From assembly GCA_965637545.1 (NCBI GenBank), contig OZ281494.1, positions 22,878,001-22,942,000 on the forward strand: a stretch of DNA of 64,000 bases. The letters are read 5' to 3'. Origin of the DNA: Phallusia mammillata. Lineage: Eukaryota. Position 1 is the first letter of the stretch; each line of letters begins with the position of its first letter. Shown here in pieces: positions 27,901-40,503 of this stretch. The notes beneath the pieces are model-generated. The model did not search any database and was not told the DNA's origin. It was given only the letters and a program-made list of their open reading frames with translations. Made by a program: the position numbers and the translations under genes.

Positions 27901-30900
27901 AAATCTACAATTTAAGACCTGAAAGGATAACAATTTTGTGCATGCATTGATACCAACAAAAACCTATTTAAATCCTAAAATGTTTTGAAACCTCTACCCA
28001 AAAAGCACATGCTAGTGCAATGTAAGTTGCTAAAAAAAACTTCTAAAATTCAGCATTTCATGTTCATTCGTTGTTCCCAAAATATTACAATACCACAGTT
28101 AAATAAGAGTTATGATTTTACACTTTTAAAAGCTTTATCACATTTTTATGATGATGCTATATTCTTATATTCAACCCATTTAACTGTCTATATTAATGGC
28201 ACCAGATTTTGTAATTGCCAAACACAGATACTGAATACTTTTGGTTGTTGGGTTATGGTTCTGTTTGTTCCTCAACACTGTTGGATCAAAAAAAACTAAA
28301 CAAATTACACAATAATAAGAAATATACAAATTGCATGAAAGTCAACAAAACAATACACTACAATGCAATTTCAGTTTTTTTGTAACCCTTTTGGGTATCT
28401 AATCCCAGCACTGAAACATACCCAATAATCAAATAATGACCAAGTTTTCATTTCTAAATCTTTAAAAAGTTACAAAAATAATTGTGTAGAACTAGACACA
28501 TGCCATTTAACATGTGCAAAGGCAAAAAAACATAAAAAGAAATAGTAATGTGATGTTGAAATTGGCAAACCTAAAGCATATCATGCAATTGTTAAATCTA
28601 TAGTTAACAAAAAAGTACTTGCAGAGTACTACCCTGCAAATGAAACAAATAAGGATTTAAAAGGAAAAAGTATTATGGTGGCAAAAAGTGTGCATTGTTG
28701 TTTATTTATTACACATAGCCAATTTTAATTGAACAATAAACAAGTAACAAAACTTAAATGAAAAAAAGCCAAAATTAGTATGCATATTACCTACTAATGC
28801 TAATAGATAGCCAAGAGTTGTGTAAACAACCATTGTTGAAATTTTTAGTTGGCAGAGCCAAGTATTAAATCAGAATGCAAGCTCCGTACAATTGATAACA
28901 GAAAAACAAAAACTACCAAACACACTAAAAGGCTACTAGTATTTCCGCATCTAGAACCAACCAAATCAAAGCAATAAAAAGTGCAAACAACTTGTGAGTT
29001 TGTGAACAAGACATTTAAGTGTTTTTGCAAGCCAATCTGAAAATCATGCTGAAAACCTTATTTTAGAATATTCCTCTTCAAGGAAATGTGGGTAACGTTG
29101 TCCAACAGATGACCTGGTGATACACATGGCAAAATCGAACAATCGAAAAAAGAGATGCAAGTTACATGCACAACCCAAACCATTGTCAGCAATGTTTCAT
29201 AACTTTGTGCAGTAAACCATAAAACTATTCTACCATAGAAACAATATGATAAAAAGGTTTTCAGAAAATGTTCAATTTGTTTTAACGCTGAACAAAAAAA
29301 TTGTTCGGCCAAATGCTACTGCAGCGCAATGTCAATACAACTACAGGTTACATAACACATCCTTATAGATTTCATTTTATTTAGAAAGGTTGCTGTCTGA
29401 AAGGATTCAATTATCGGCTTTTAAGTGTTTAATATGGCAAAATAAATTGATTTAAATGTAAAATACCTAATTTCAAAGCGTTATGGCAAATATTTTGTTG
29501 ACTGCACTAAACTTGTCCTGAAACAGCTGTTTCTCAACAGTTAAAGTCGCACATGAAAACAAAGATTTTGATTGCATAAATAAACAAAAATGTCAAATAT
29601 TACAAAGAGCACACTTGACAAATCACAGAAGCAGAAAAAGTAATTAATGAATTAATCACATGTTAAAAAAACAAACTTGTGTACATACTTTCCAAGAAAG
29701 TGGTTCTTTGAGAGGTTCACATGTTGTAAGTGCATAAGGCAACCATGAGAAAGGGCACTGATGTACTGCAGAGGAATAAAAAGGATGATATATTTTGCAT
29801 TTGTACTTTTTAGCACCTTTTTTGTCTTTTTTGGTCAAAAATTGTTACAGTAATTTCATCTCAAAAGAAAGCTCTGACATTTTGTAACCCAGCATGATTT
29901 TTGCTTTGCAATGCTTTCAAAGCTGTACAATTTAAAACCATCCGCAATTAATTTACCATTTCCACAGAACTGTCGGTGGCTGAAAGGTCAAGCTCCAGAA
30001 GGTGATTTTCGGTGGCCAAAAAGTTGTAAAGTCCCTAAATACACATTATTTGTTCATAGGAAATGCATGCAATTGCTTTGTAAAAATATGCTATGCAAGT
30101 TTTTTATGGCCTTCATATAAATGTGTAAAAAACATTCACATTCTTGCAGTAAAAACATGATATTTTAAACAGTTTAATTTAGTTATTGGAATGGACACCA
30201 TTTTTTTTACATGAGGGAACCAACTAAACACTTACAAACACACAGTTGATAACTTACGTCTGAAAAAAGACAAAACACCTTTTTATCAGTTTTTTAAAGT
30301 GTTGCTTACCTCTGAATCATCAACCTTTAGGCAGTTTCCAGACAAGTTGAGATGAGTTAAACTCCCCATAATATTTGCACTTGACCTGAGTGCTTGGCAT
30401 AAACCATTTACACCTTTTGCAGTAAGGCCTGAAAATAGAACATTGGGATCTTTTCAAATAGTACATCAACTAAAAAACGTAAAAAAAAATATTTTTTTCA
30501 CAACAATTTTGTATGTTTTTTAATTAAACGTCCTACATCAGAGGTGTACAACCTTTTTGTTATTGACAACCGCATCACAGGTGTTTATTACACCAACAGC
30601 TTCCAGTGTCCCCATGTATTTTGTTTACTACTTACAGCTTTAAAGCAACAGTATTTTAGTTTGTTCTATGGTATGATATCTATTGTTTGTAAGTCTAGAT
30701 TGATGTAGAACTTTATCAGCGGATTTAACAAATGCCAAGCAGTACATAAATTTTTGTACATAAGCACAAATTAATTTCCAATGCCACAAGCTCTTCACTG
30801 CTGTCTTTCATCATAAAAAGCCTGCAGTACCGCAAATAACCAAAAGTGATTCTACTTTTTAACACAGAAAATTCTTACCTGTGCGAGCTACATTAAGGTC

Positions 30901-33900
30901 TGTTAAACTGGCATGTTTAATCACAGGAAGTGCACCACTGAGGTGGATCAGTCCTTTGTCCTCCAGAGGATTGTTGGATAGATCCAACGTCTCGATCCTG
31001 CTCTCCTTGTTTTCAACCATGTTAGTTGCCAACTTCTGAGCAAATTCACTAAAATAAAAACAATCACAAAAAAGATTTTTGAAGAGTCCACACATGTGGT
31101 TATGCAAAAACCTCAAGGGTTTGTCTGTTTCAGCTTCAGGGGAAAAAGTAAAAAAATGTTATGATACAAAAAGTAGAAAAAAGATTAAATTACAACTACA
31201 TATTCAGGGCAGCCACAAATAGTCTAATTCACATTCATTCCAATGCTTACAAATTACCGGCAATGAAACAGTTGTAATGTCTGTTGTATTGAAACACACA
31301 ATTCATTGACCAACAAAACAGTTGTATAAAAGAAGAGTACAAAAAAACACAGGTTAATGTTTAAACCAGAGAAACTTTTTTTGCAACCTGTAGAAGGTAT
31401 AGTAGCGAGAATCTTACCCTTTCAGACCTACACCCTCCAACACTAAGGTCTTCATGTTTTGTGAATTCCGAGCAGCTTTTAACACAAAATCAAGAATTTC
31501 TCCATGCTGCAACAACAGTGAACAAATATTATAGTTTCAAAATCGGTTTGTCACAGATTTTTTTCTTACTTTTATCAATAGTTCTTAAAATATTTTCAAT
31601 TTCTTTTACAGTTTGTTGACAAAAAATATTTTAGTGCAACAGTTGTGTATTTACGTTAACAACAGATGATTAAATATCACTGAATTTGTTTCTGCAGATC
31701 TATCCAGGAGACAAGGGCATTTGCTGTTTTCATATTCTATATTAAAAGTACCAATTAAAGTATAAGTTACCAGTTTGGTATTTCTCACAATGAGTCCTTC
31801 AAACCATTTGTTGTAATTGAGCACAGACACAATGGGAATGATATCTCTGTTTGAAAACAATAACAGGCATTAATTCTAGGACAAACATTGTGTATGACAT
31901 TTAACGTCAAGATTTTAAATGAAACCAGAGAGGTCATGTAAACTTAGATGGGATGTTTATGCAAACTTTCCTCATAAAAAATCTCAAATCCTATTTTTTA
32001 CACCACAATCAGCAAAAAGTTCATTTGCATAAAAAAATGACTGCTTTATTGAAATGTTTGGGTGATGATCCATTTTTATTTCTCACTGTGACAATTTGCA
32101 TGATATTTAAATCATTCTGTTTTTGTACCATAATAAATCAATTGATTGGTATATAGCTGCTTACTCTGATGAGCTCGGCAATTGTGGCAATATTCAAAGG
32201 ACTTTTTTTAAACTACTACTATGCAGTATTACACATTTCTGGATGTGACTTAGTTAAATTAATTGGTTACATTACCTTGCATCTGGCAAGTCAAAATCCT
32301 TTAAACTGAGCTCACGACAATTTTGAGAGAGGTATATGGTGTCTACATCCTAGATGTAACACACAAAAAACATAAAATAATGTAATGACTTTTCCCTGTA
32401 ACACATAAAACCTAATACAGCTCTTCTGGCATTTGTATTACTTTGTTAGTGTAATTGATCTAAAGAAGGTGATAAGTAGGAGAAATCAAAATGACATGGC
32501 CAAAAGAGCTGCCTTAGTTCAAAACGCTTATTAGTCGGGCACACAAAACTCCAAACAATTAACTTACTCCTATTTGTTGGTAGATGTTAACGCAGTGCCA
32601 ACAGGCTACCAAAAATGTTTTAATCCATACCACACCAAAACAAACATTGTTGATGATGAGGCTAGGCAAGGTACAGTGTCTAAAATGTGCAAAAGTCCCC
32701 CTTGACTGTGTAACATTTTACATTTGGTTTTCAAAGCAAATAGAATAACATGGGACTAAGATTGCTTATGTATTAGGTTAAAACTGGTGAAATACAACAT
32801 TTGTTCATGTGTTCCAACAATTAATTTGACACAATTACCCACTCAAGTCCTTCATAACTGTTGTTTAAAATAAGTCTTTTTGGTGCTGTTGTGGCTTAAA
32901 AAACCAATGAAGAAAGTACAATAGCAAGCAATAAAAATACAGAGGTATGTATAACAGCAGCATTAACAAAATGTAGATCTTTAAATTGGATTCAAACTTT
33001 GATGTAATTTAAAATAAAAAAATCTTCGGTAAAATGCTGCAACACCACAGGTATCAAAATAGGGACTTACCCATTCCACTTCCTCCCTAACAGGACAAGA
33101 AAGGAAATCACAAACACAACGATACATCTCAGAAAAATTGCCACATGGGCCTGGTTCTGACTGGTCAGCCTGGTTTAGCATTTGTTGAATGACTTTCTGA
33201 CGATGTAGTGGTTCCAGTGAAGCCTTCAGAATACGTCTGAAAATGTGGATTTAGTGTAACTATAATTCATAACATAACACACTCTTCTAATAGTGTAATC
33301 ATAACTTTGACAGAGCAATATTTCTGCATTTTCAGTGAAAATTTTAAAGAAACATTCAATGTACAAGAGTGTTAAACAGGGTATTTTATCAATACAAATT
33401 TGGGATTATAATTGCAACAAATTAGTTTCGCTTCGACTTGACTCAAGTGGAGATGCTAGTTTGAAAAAAAAAATACAATTTTAATTCTTTCTGTTTAAAA
33501 AGGATATAGACTAGAGCATTCACGAAACCCTGTGCTTACACTGTGATATAGTATGTGTAAAAAACTGACTTGACCATTGTCAGCAAGTCAATTTATTTAC
33601 TTTGGCTTGAATAATTATTAAATTGAGGAAACAAAAATCTTTCTAAGGTCATTTGTTCAGAAATCTATGCCATGATACCCAAATAAGGATGAGATGTGCT
33701 AAACAAATAACTATATAGGGCTGATTTATAGAGGTAATGTGGTTAAATCAGATTAAACAAACAATGTTGCTTGTAAATTTATAAATAGCTGAATTCAGAT
33801 GCTGCTAAATGATAAATGAAAGTGAATAACATTGGAAAGTTGAGGTACAACTGTTATTAGTGTAAATACAGGCACAACTTTGCCATTAAAATAAAACAGG

Positions 33901-36096
33901 TTTGGGTTTTTGGATTGTACAAGAAAAAAAGAATAACAAGAAATGTATACTCTGTTTTAATCAATTTTTTGTTTTTTTTGTATGTACATGCTGCATCTTG
34001 TGAGAAGAATACACAGTTAATTTGACACTTATGTTGTCAGCTTTGACTTATCAGGAAGTGCTGCAAGTTTAACCAAACCTGTCACAGAAAACTTGCTCTT
34101 GATAAATCTTATGTAAAATGAACTTTGCTCAGCTCAGAAAATGTTTAGCAGATTTTAAGTGACCTGCTCATGCACCTTAATTTTTGTTTGCAAAAAGTGC
34201 AGACATTATTCCACATTAGGCCGAATTTGCAAAGATTTTATTGGTTTCCACATACTGTACTAATTTAGGTTTTATCCCTAATACAACCTGACAATAAAAC
34301 ACAAAACTTACGACAGAGGAACACTTGGAAAAATGGTTCGAAGTGACAATGCTACTCTCCCAATGATATGGTCTGCATCGTCAGTCCCAATCATTTGCAT
34401 GAAAAATATTTTTGAACTGTGAGTTGACATGACAAGCTAAAACAGAGGTAAAAATAAATTACATTAGGCTTTTTTGTCAAATATTAAGTAATCACTTTTT
34501 TGTAAGACAGGGCCTTCTAAAGTGTATGTTGAAACAAACACATGCGAACTGAGAGGCACATTTTTGAGACTGGTTGCACATTTTTATTGGTTAGTATGGT
34601 TTCAAAATTGTATTTTTTACAAGTACAACCAGGCATGAAACAGGTACAACCAAGCATCTGATAGTGTTGTAAGCAAACTCTAGTTTGACCTTGCTCTGTT
34701 AATGAATGTGAAAAGTTATGCTTACCCTGTCAGGAGATGGACTATCCATGGATTTGATTTCAAGGAAGTGGAAGTCTGCTTCCATCTTTAAAACAAAACT
34801 GTTTACCATTTCACAGTGAGAGTTGTGGTGATGTATAGTATGAGACAAAACTTACTTATTAGATACAAAAAATAGTGCAATATTCTGATTGAACAGCGCA
34901 ATATTCTTAATTCAGTGTCTTTTTTAAAAATATTATGTTTTTGGAACCATACTATGAAACAAATATTATTTTAAAGTTTTAAACATTTAAACAGATACTA
35001 CATAATCTAGTAGCATGATGGGCCCAAAATACTTTAAGAAACTTATCAATATTTAATAGGATTACAAGAATATCTCTTAAGAGGTTAAATCTGGTCATTA
35101 CATCACCCAACAAACTTGAGACATGTCACTGAGCAATCACCCAACACAATAAAGGCCACATACAAAAAGTGGTTATACTGCTATGAATTATTTAACAGTG
35201 CTTACTTTAAATGGGGCCTTGACACCAAGAATTTGGCATCGATACGGAGTTAGCACCTACAAAAATACAAAATCTTTTTAATCAACTTATTTAGTGTAAA
35301 CGATTAATTGTAACACAAAATTATTATTATATATTAAAATGTTGTTGCGAATATATTAATTTCTCACAGAGAAAAAAACATCTGCAACAATATGTTTAGT
35401 GGAGAATACTTTCACACAATAGGCGTAGGCAACAATGTATAGAAACACAGGCTAGATGTGTCTAAGTGTCTCTCCTTATTTTCCATAAGCAGGAAATACA
35501 AGCAATGCAGGAAGTTATTGAATGCGGGCAATCAACCAGATAGATATGGTGGGGCACAAAGAAACAATTTTTATGCAACATAATTACATTTATATTTTGG
35601 CATGAACAATAATAAACTATATGTAATGCTTAATGAAAAATTTGGATTCAAAATGCATATTGTGAATCCAGTTATTTACATAACATATCAATGAACATAT
35701 CTACAAAGCATTGCACAACTAAGTACATTTACAATTTTAACTATAAAAAATGAAGACAATGCAAAACCCGTACAAGAACTTTGGCATCCACTTTGTCCCC
35801 TTGAGGCCGTTCTAATTTCACCATCTTCTTCAATGTGACCACCTTTTTGCGACCAATAACATCACGGATACCCTCTGCAAAGAACACAAAACAAATGCTT
35901 TACCAACAATGATTTCAAATTTGACAAAAATAATACTCAGTAACTGGATTACTAATTTTATCACTAACTGTTGCAATCGATGCAAAAAGTCACTAAAATT
36001 GTACATTTGTGTCCAAATAATTATATGGTCATTACCTGCAACATCATATGGGACATTGCTTGCAGCAGAAAATGTGGGTTTTTTACCCTTTACCAT
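12998..36096 (-). CDS. CARMIL1: CARMIL (capping protein regulator and myosin 1 linker; LRRC16 family) with PH, LRR, helical dimerisation, CPI/CSI and Pro-rich regions; about 1448 aa
   Basis: 40 phase-consistent exons totalling 4347 nt: 36096-36036, 35874-35774, 35256-35206, 34785-34726, 34436-34312, 33236-33071, 32349-32276, 31846-31771, 31506-31418, 31048-30879, 30428-30310, 30034-29957, 29765-29689, 27892-27853, 27703-27633, 27499-27427, 26932-26810, 26471-26358, 25960-25857, 25696-25559, 25311-25103, 24972-24860, 23853-23734, 23658-23602, 23235-23123, 22846-22759, 19310-19076, 17289-16840, 16585-16482, 16349-16255, 15949-15905 (tentative cassette), 15524-15442, 15132-15005, 14822-14676, 14310-14109, 13970-13941, 13755-13675, 13567-13532, 13181-13092, 13008-12998. 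CARMIL-like motifs: IRDVIGRK, GPCGNFSEMYRCVCDFL..REEVEWDVDTIY, LSLADSKL, NYTLRYMP, RDAKNSK, LDHVTK (CPI) and VDDFFT (CSI). The C-terminal low-complexity exons are less certain. The paralog number is nominal. Confidence 0.93.
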
Positions 36097-36628
36097 TTTT
36101 ACTGTGTACGAAAACAATTAGACTTTAACTCATTCTAACCAAACACTGTTCATCTTAATTAAACTTACAAGCAACTTTCCTTAAAACTAAATATTTTTTC
36201 TTTTAAAGTTATCACTTATCATTCTCTTCAGAATTCCGATGTTTATTGCAAAAATCTCTTCACAATAACACCAAATTTACTCAAAACTTTGTGCTACAAA
36301 GGGCGTTTTGTTTTCTACACAAATTAAAGACAGACTGATCAAGTCCGCACTACTTAAAAACTTTATTTAATGTCACATAAAAGGAACTTTTTTGGTCCAA
36401 AATAAGCTCAATTCTCAAAGCCGTTGACCAGCAATGCGGAAATTCAATCATTTCGATCTTTTTCCAGAGCAATGTCACACACCACTGGATTTTGTCAACA
36501 ATCCGCAACCGAGCAGAACCAGCGGGAAGTTTAGTTGAGGTTTATTTCAATTCAAGATTTGAGAAAAAGGGGTGACAATAAGTAGACCGCGATCTAGCGG
36601 TCCGTTACAAATGTTGTAGTGATAGAAA

Positions 36629-37374
36629 CATAGGCGCCGAGTTTTACAAAAATGCAAGGTGGCGGACTTAAAGTATGACTTCATTTCATGTGACGTCACC
36701 AATACGTGCAACCACATCAGCTCAAACTCAAAGAACAAACTTCCCATAGAATGCAACGTTTGTCAAAATCAGTGGTTCTCAAACTCGGTTTTCGGGGTCG
36801 CATGCGGCTCCCGACTACTTATTTTGCGGCTCGCACCAGACCTCAGAAAACCACCAAAGATTGCTATTTTAGCTTTTATAAAGTCTTTAGTGATTTTCTC
36901 AAGGTTTCGTTTTTTGCGGCTCCCTACACACTTAAAAAAATACCATTTGGCCCCGACAATAAAAAAGTTTGAGAACCACTGGTCAAAATCATAAAAAAAT
37001 GAATTTTCGAAATAATATTTATTTGAAACACTTTGCTGTAACGTTTATCATTGGTTTAGCAGCGTTAAAAAATGTTTTGTCACGTTGTTGTTGCTTTGTA
37101 TCACCTAAAATAACCACTTATAACAGCACAATCGAATTGTACACAATAATGACAAAAATTGGCGATATAATTATAACAACCCCCTAACCAAAACAGGTTG
37201 TATAGTGTTTTTTGTTGCTTTTTCGCCAGCACACTTGTTTAAAAGCAAAATCGTTCGTTAGTTTTCTCAGATTTTGCGATGTTTTATACTATACCGCAAA
37301 CCAAAATTTTCACGGTGGCTGCCACCGTGCTTTGCAAACCCAAGGTGGCGGCCACCGCCCACTCGGCGCCTATG
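36629..37374. mobile_element. hAT-type MITE (CATAGGCGCCG family) carrying a nested MITE
   Basis: TIRs CATAGGCGCCGAGT / ACTCGGCGCCTATG; exact TSD GATAGAAA. A related copy lies at 41446-41959. Confidence 0.88.
36770..36981. mobile_element. Nested hAT-type MITE
   Basis: TIRs CAGTGGTTCTCAAACT / AGTTTGAGAACCACTG; exact TSD GTCAAAAT. Confidence 0.9.
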
Positions 37375-37389
37375 GATAGAAAGTATAAC

Positions 37390-37833
37390 CATGGGCGTCC
37401 GCAGCGGGGGGCAAGAGGGGGCTCCACCCCGTTAAACGCACCGAATACATGCTGTAACTGTAACAGAACAGGATGAGGTTTTTCAACAGATTAAATGAAT
37501 CGAACATTATTACTTAACAATAGCTCGGTAACAAGCATATTATTACGTCATTGATGAATGTGTCAAAAAGCCATTATGTGATACCTTCACTGTATCTGTT
37601 GTTACATCTGATAAGGTTCGTGTATGTAAATCCTACTTCCGTTAAAAATCGTTTGCCAACCTACCACATATTTCTGTAATAGTTGATATTGTGTTTATTG
37701 CACTACTTTGCTACATTGTGATTGGCAAGAGTATCACTGTCAGATGATTTTTGTTCGGAAATACCGTTTATCGAACGGCGATGTGACGATAGTTTGCCCT
37801 CCTCCCCTGTATTTTTTCCTGCGGACGCCCATG
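37390..37833. mobile_element. hAT-type MITE (CATGGGCGTCCGCAG family)
   Basis: 15-bp perfect TIRs; exact TSD AGTATAAC. Confidence 0.88.
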
Positions 37834-38851
37834 AGTATAACATTTAAAAGATAGGCCTAAACATTGGGAATCAACCATTCTGTCCTGTCTCTTGATTGAT
37901 ACACAAAGACAGGGCTATATGTTGCCTTTTGGCGGACTTTTTTTCCCGCTGTAACCCGGAACCAAAAAACGGACATACGGGCACTTTAACACACATTGAA
38001 CAAATAAAAAACTTTGCATTTTTGTTGTGGTTAATTGCATTTTTGTTGTGTTTGCATGTCTTTTTTGGCGTTATCGTATTTGTATGTGTCGATTTGAAAA
38101 GGTGAACGGTACAAGTAAAATGTTTTGTTACATAAGTTTGGATCAAAATGCTTGCAAACCCAACCCCCATTACAGAACACCTGCAACAGCTTTTCAGATT
38201 TGTCACATTTTCTAAAATGTCCTTCCTTGAATTATTGCGGTAGAATATCTCTCTCTTCTAGTGACGTAACACATCTGTAAAGGTGGATGTAATCTCATGA
38301 AGCTATTACATTCTAAATCACGTCCATTGAAAATCATCGGCCAGTCAGAGATTAGGCCTGCCCCTTTACTCAAGCCAAATCGTATAAACCACCAGTAAAT
38401 AGTTAAGAGAAAACGGACATTTGCGTTTGTTCACTGACGCACATACCGCCTCAAGACAATTACCGATGTATGAAACAATCAATGAAAAATGCCTGGGCTA
38501 GCGTAGAAAAAAATAGTTTGGTTGTTGCGTACGGTAAGCTAGTAAGTACTACGTCATGATATTTGGCATTTCCGAAACATAAATGTTTTACAAAGATCAG
38601 GAATTTATTAAAATTGTAACAATTTTGACGTATTTCACTTGCGTAAACAATATTTGATGATTCAACGTTTAAATGACTGTGAATCATTGTGTTAAATTAA
38701 AATGTCGCTAATTAACTGTCAATCCGTCAGTAAGCGTTTCGAAAATTTTTTGGGTTTAACATCACAGTGTTCGTGGACTTCAACAATGCAGATGTTTTCA
38801 CTGGTACTTGGTCTACAATTTAGCAACATTAACTGAATTGATGTAGAATGG

Positions 38852-38857
38852 AAAAAA
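38852..38857 (-). terminator. Pol III oligo-T terminator of tRNA-Lys
   Basis: A T6 run on the minus strand, 4 nt after the tRNA 3' end. Confidence 0.6.
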
Positions 38858-38861
38858 GAAG

Positions 38862-38934
38862 CGCCCGATAAGGGACTTGAACCCTTGACCGTTGGATTAA
38901 AAGTCCAACGCTCTACCGACTGAGCTAACCGGGC
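38862..38934 (-). tRNA. tRNA-Lys (anticodon UUU), intronless
   Basis: Minus strand reads GCCCGGTTAGCTCAGTCGGTAGAGCGTTGGACTTTTAATCCAACGGTCAAGGGTTCAAGTCCCTTATCGGGCG. It folds as a cloverleaf with A/B boxes and anticodon stem TTGGA/TCCAA around CT-TTT-AA. Confidence 0.96.
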
Positions 38935-40503
38935 TCACGTCTGCAGATCGCTCAAATGCGGTTTCTATACCACGCGCCGAAACGACACGTGTCACGCAAG
39001 AGCTAAAGTCAAATGATATTTTTATGTTTTGGGGACGATTTATTTAAGTTAGCCAGCAAAAAGCGTATATTCTTCAACTTTTTTTCACAAGTACAATACT
39101 ATAAGACCATTAAAAGAAAACAAAACTTTTATATGGAGAAACCTTAGTTTTCGCTAACAATAAAACCAAATATTTGGGTGTTGATTTAGCAATATCATTT
39201 CAGCATTATTCTGACCCTCATTTAAATTCACAGTACCAAACTAATTGTGAAAGAAAATGTAGCTATTGCTACAAAATTGTGTGGATTTTATAATGAAAGT
39301 AAAGGATAATGCACAGTATGCCTAACGACATTGGGGTCAATAAGTCTGACTTGTATTTATAAAAACAACCGTGCACAACCTCACTGCAGGAAATTTGGAA
39401 CGACTTCCAAACTAAAATCTGTGGGTTCGTGTCACAATAAGACCAGTCTGGTGATAAATACAGTTGATTAGCTTCATACACAAACCATACAGATAATTAT
39501 ACAAACTTGCTGCATCAAGAGTTTTGTGTTTCCTAGCGAAATAAAAATTGGCCCAAACCTAAGGGCTGAGTTGGCTTAAGAGGCTTATAGGGTTGGTTTG
39601 CAGATAGCTTAGTATGTTAATGACTAAACACGGACTGACAAATAAACTTGCGTTTCGCCTTTATTTTCTAAAGTACCATTTTTTTTCAAACTAACGACTA
39701 ACAAAGAACCCACCTCTTAAACTTTCCACGCTTCTTCGATTCATCTTAAATCTTGACCTTTTTTAGAACAGCTTTATGTTGAAAGCCTATTACCTCTTTG
39801 GAGTCTATAGGCCTACTAAACGGCCTTAAGGAAAGTGCTGTTTCCTCAAGGCAACACGCAATTCTTGGTGGACACGGTCCAAAATACCCTGTTGCAGTAT
39901 TTACCACGTGGTTTAGAGCAAAGGTTCCAATCTACATCCTTATTTGGATGTGTGTAAACGGTGCTTAAATTCAACTGAGTTCATTTTCTAAAGTGATCGA
40001 AGATGGACCAGTTACATAACACCATTATGACAAACGTTTAAACTTAACCTTATTAATTCAGTGCGTCAAGCATGACAAAGATGAAATCAAACTAGGACAA
40101 CGCAATGTCGCCTAAAAAATCATCTAAGACAGTCTATAGTTATGACTCAATAAAACTGAAGGTTAGTCAGCTTCTGCCTGAACGTCATGTTTTGCATAGC
40201 AACGAGTGCAACGCAGGTCCAAAAGATCAGTTTGGTGTTTATGCATAGACATGCATCGCATGTTTTGGCACTATGTAAGCAATAGTCCTATTCCTAATCA
40301 TTGACGGGTGCGGAACGTTCCAACTTTTCTCACACAAACAACAATCCTATCTCCATTTACAAATGTTCCTGGTATGCACAACACAAGCACACTTTTACGA
40401 TTTTTCAGATATGACAGCAAGACAATAAACACTAAAACTACCACTCTGATATTGCCAATGTACTATTGAAACGACTTTTACTAATCCAAAGAGAAAGGCA
40501 TTT

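Noticed and set aside
30539-30830. MITE-like left end CAGAGGTGTACAACC in a CARMIL intron
   Set aside because: No matching right TIR or TSD was found; at most a truncated relic of the 10585 family.
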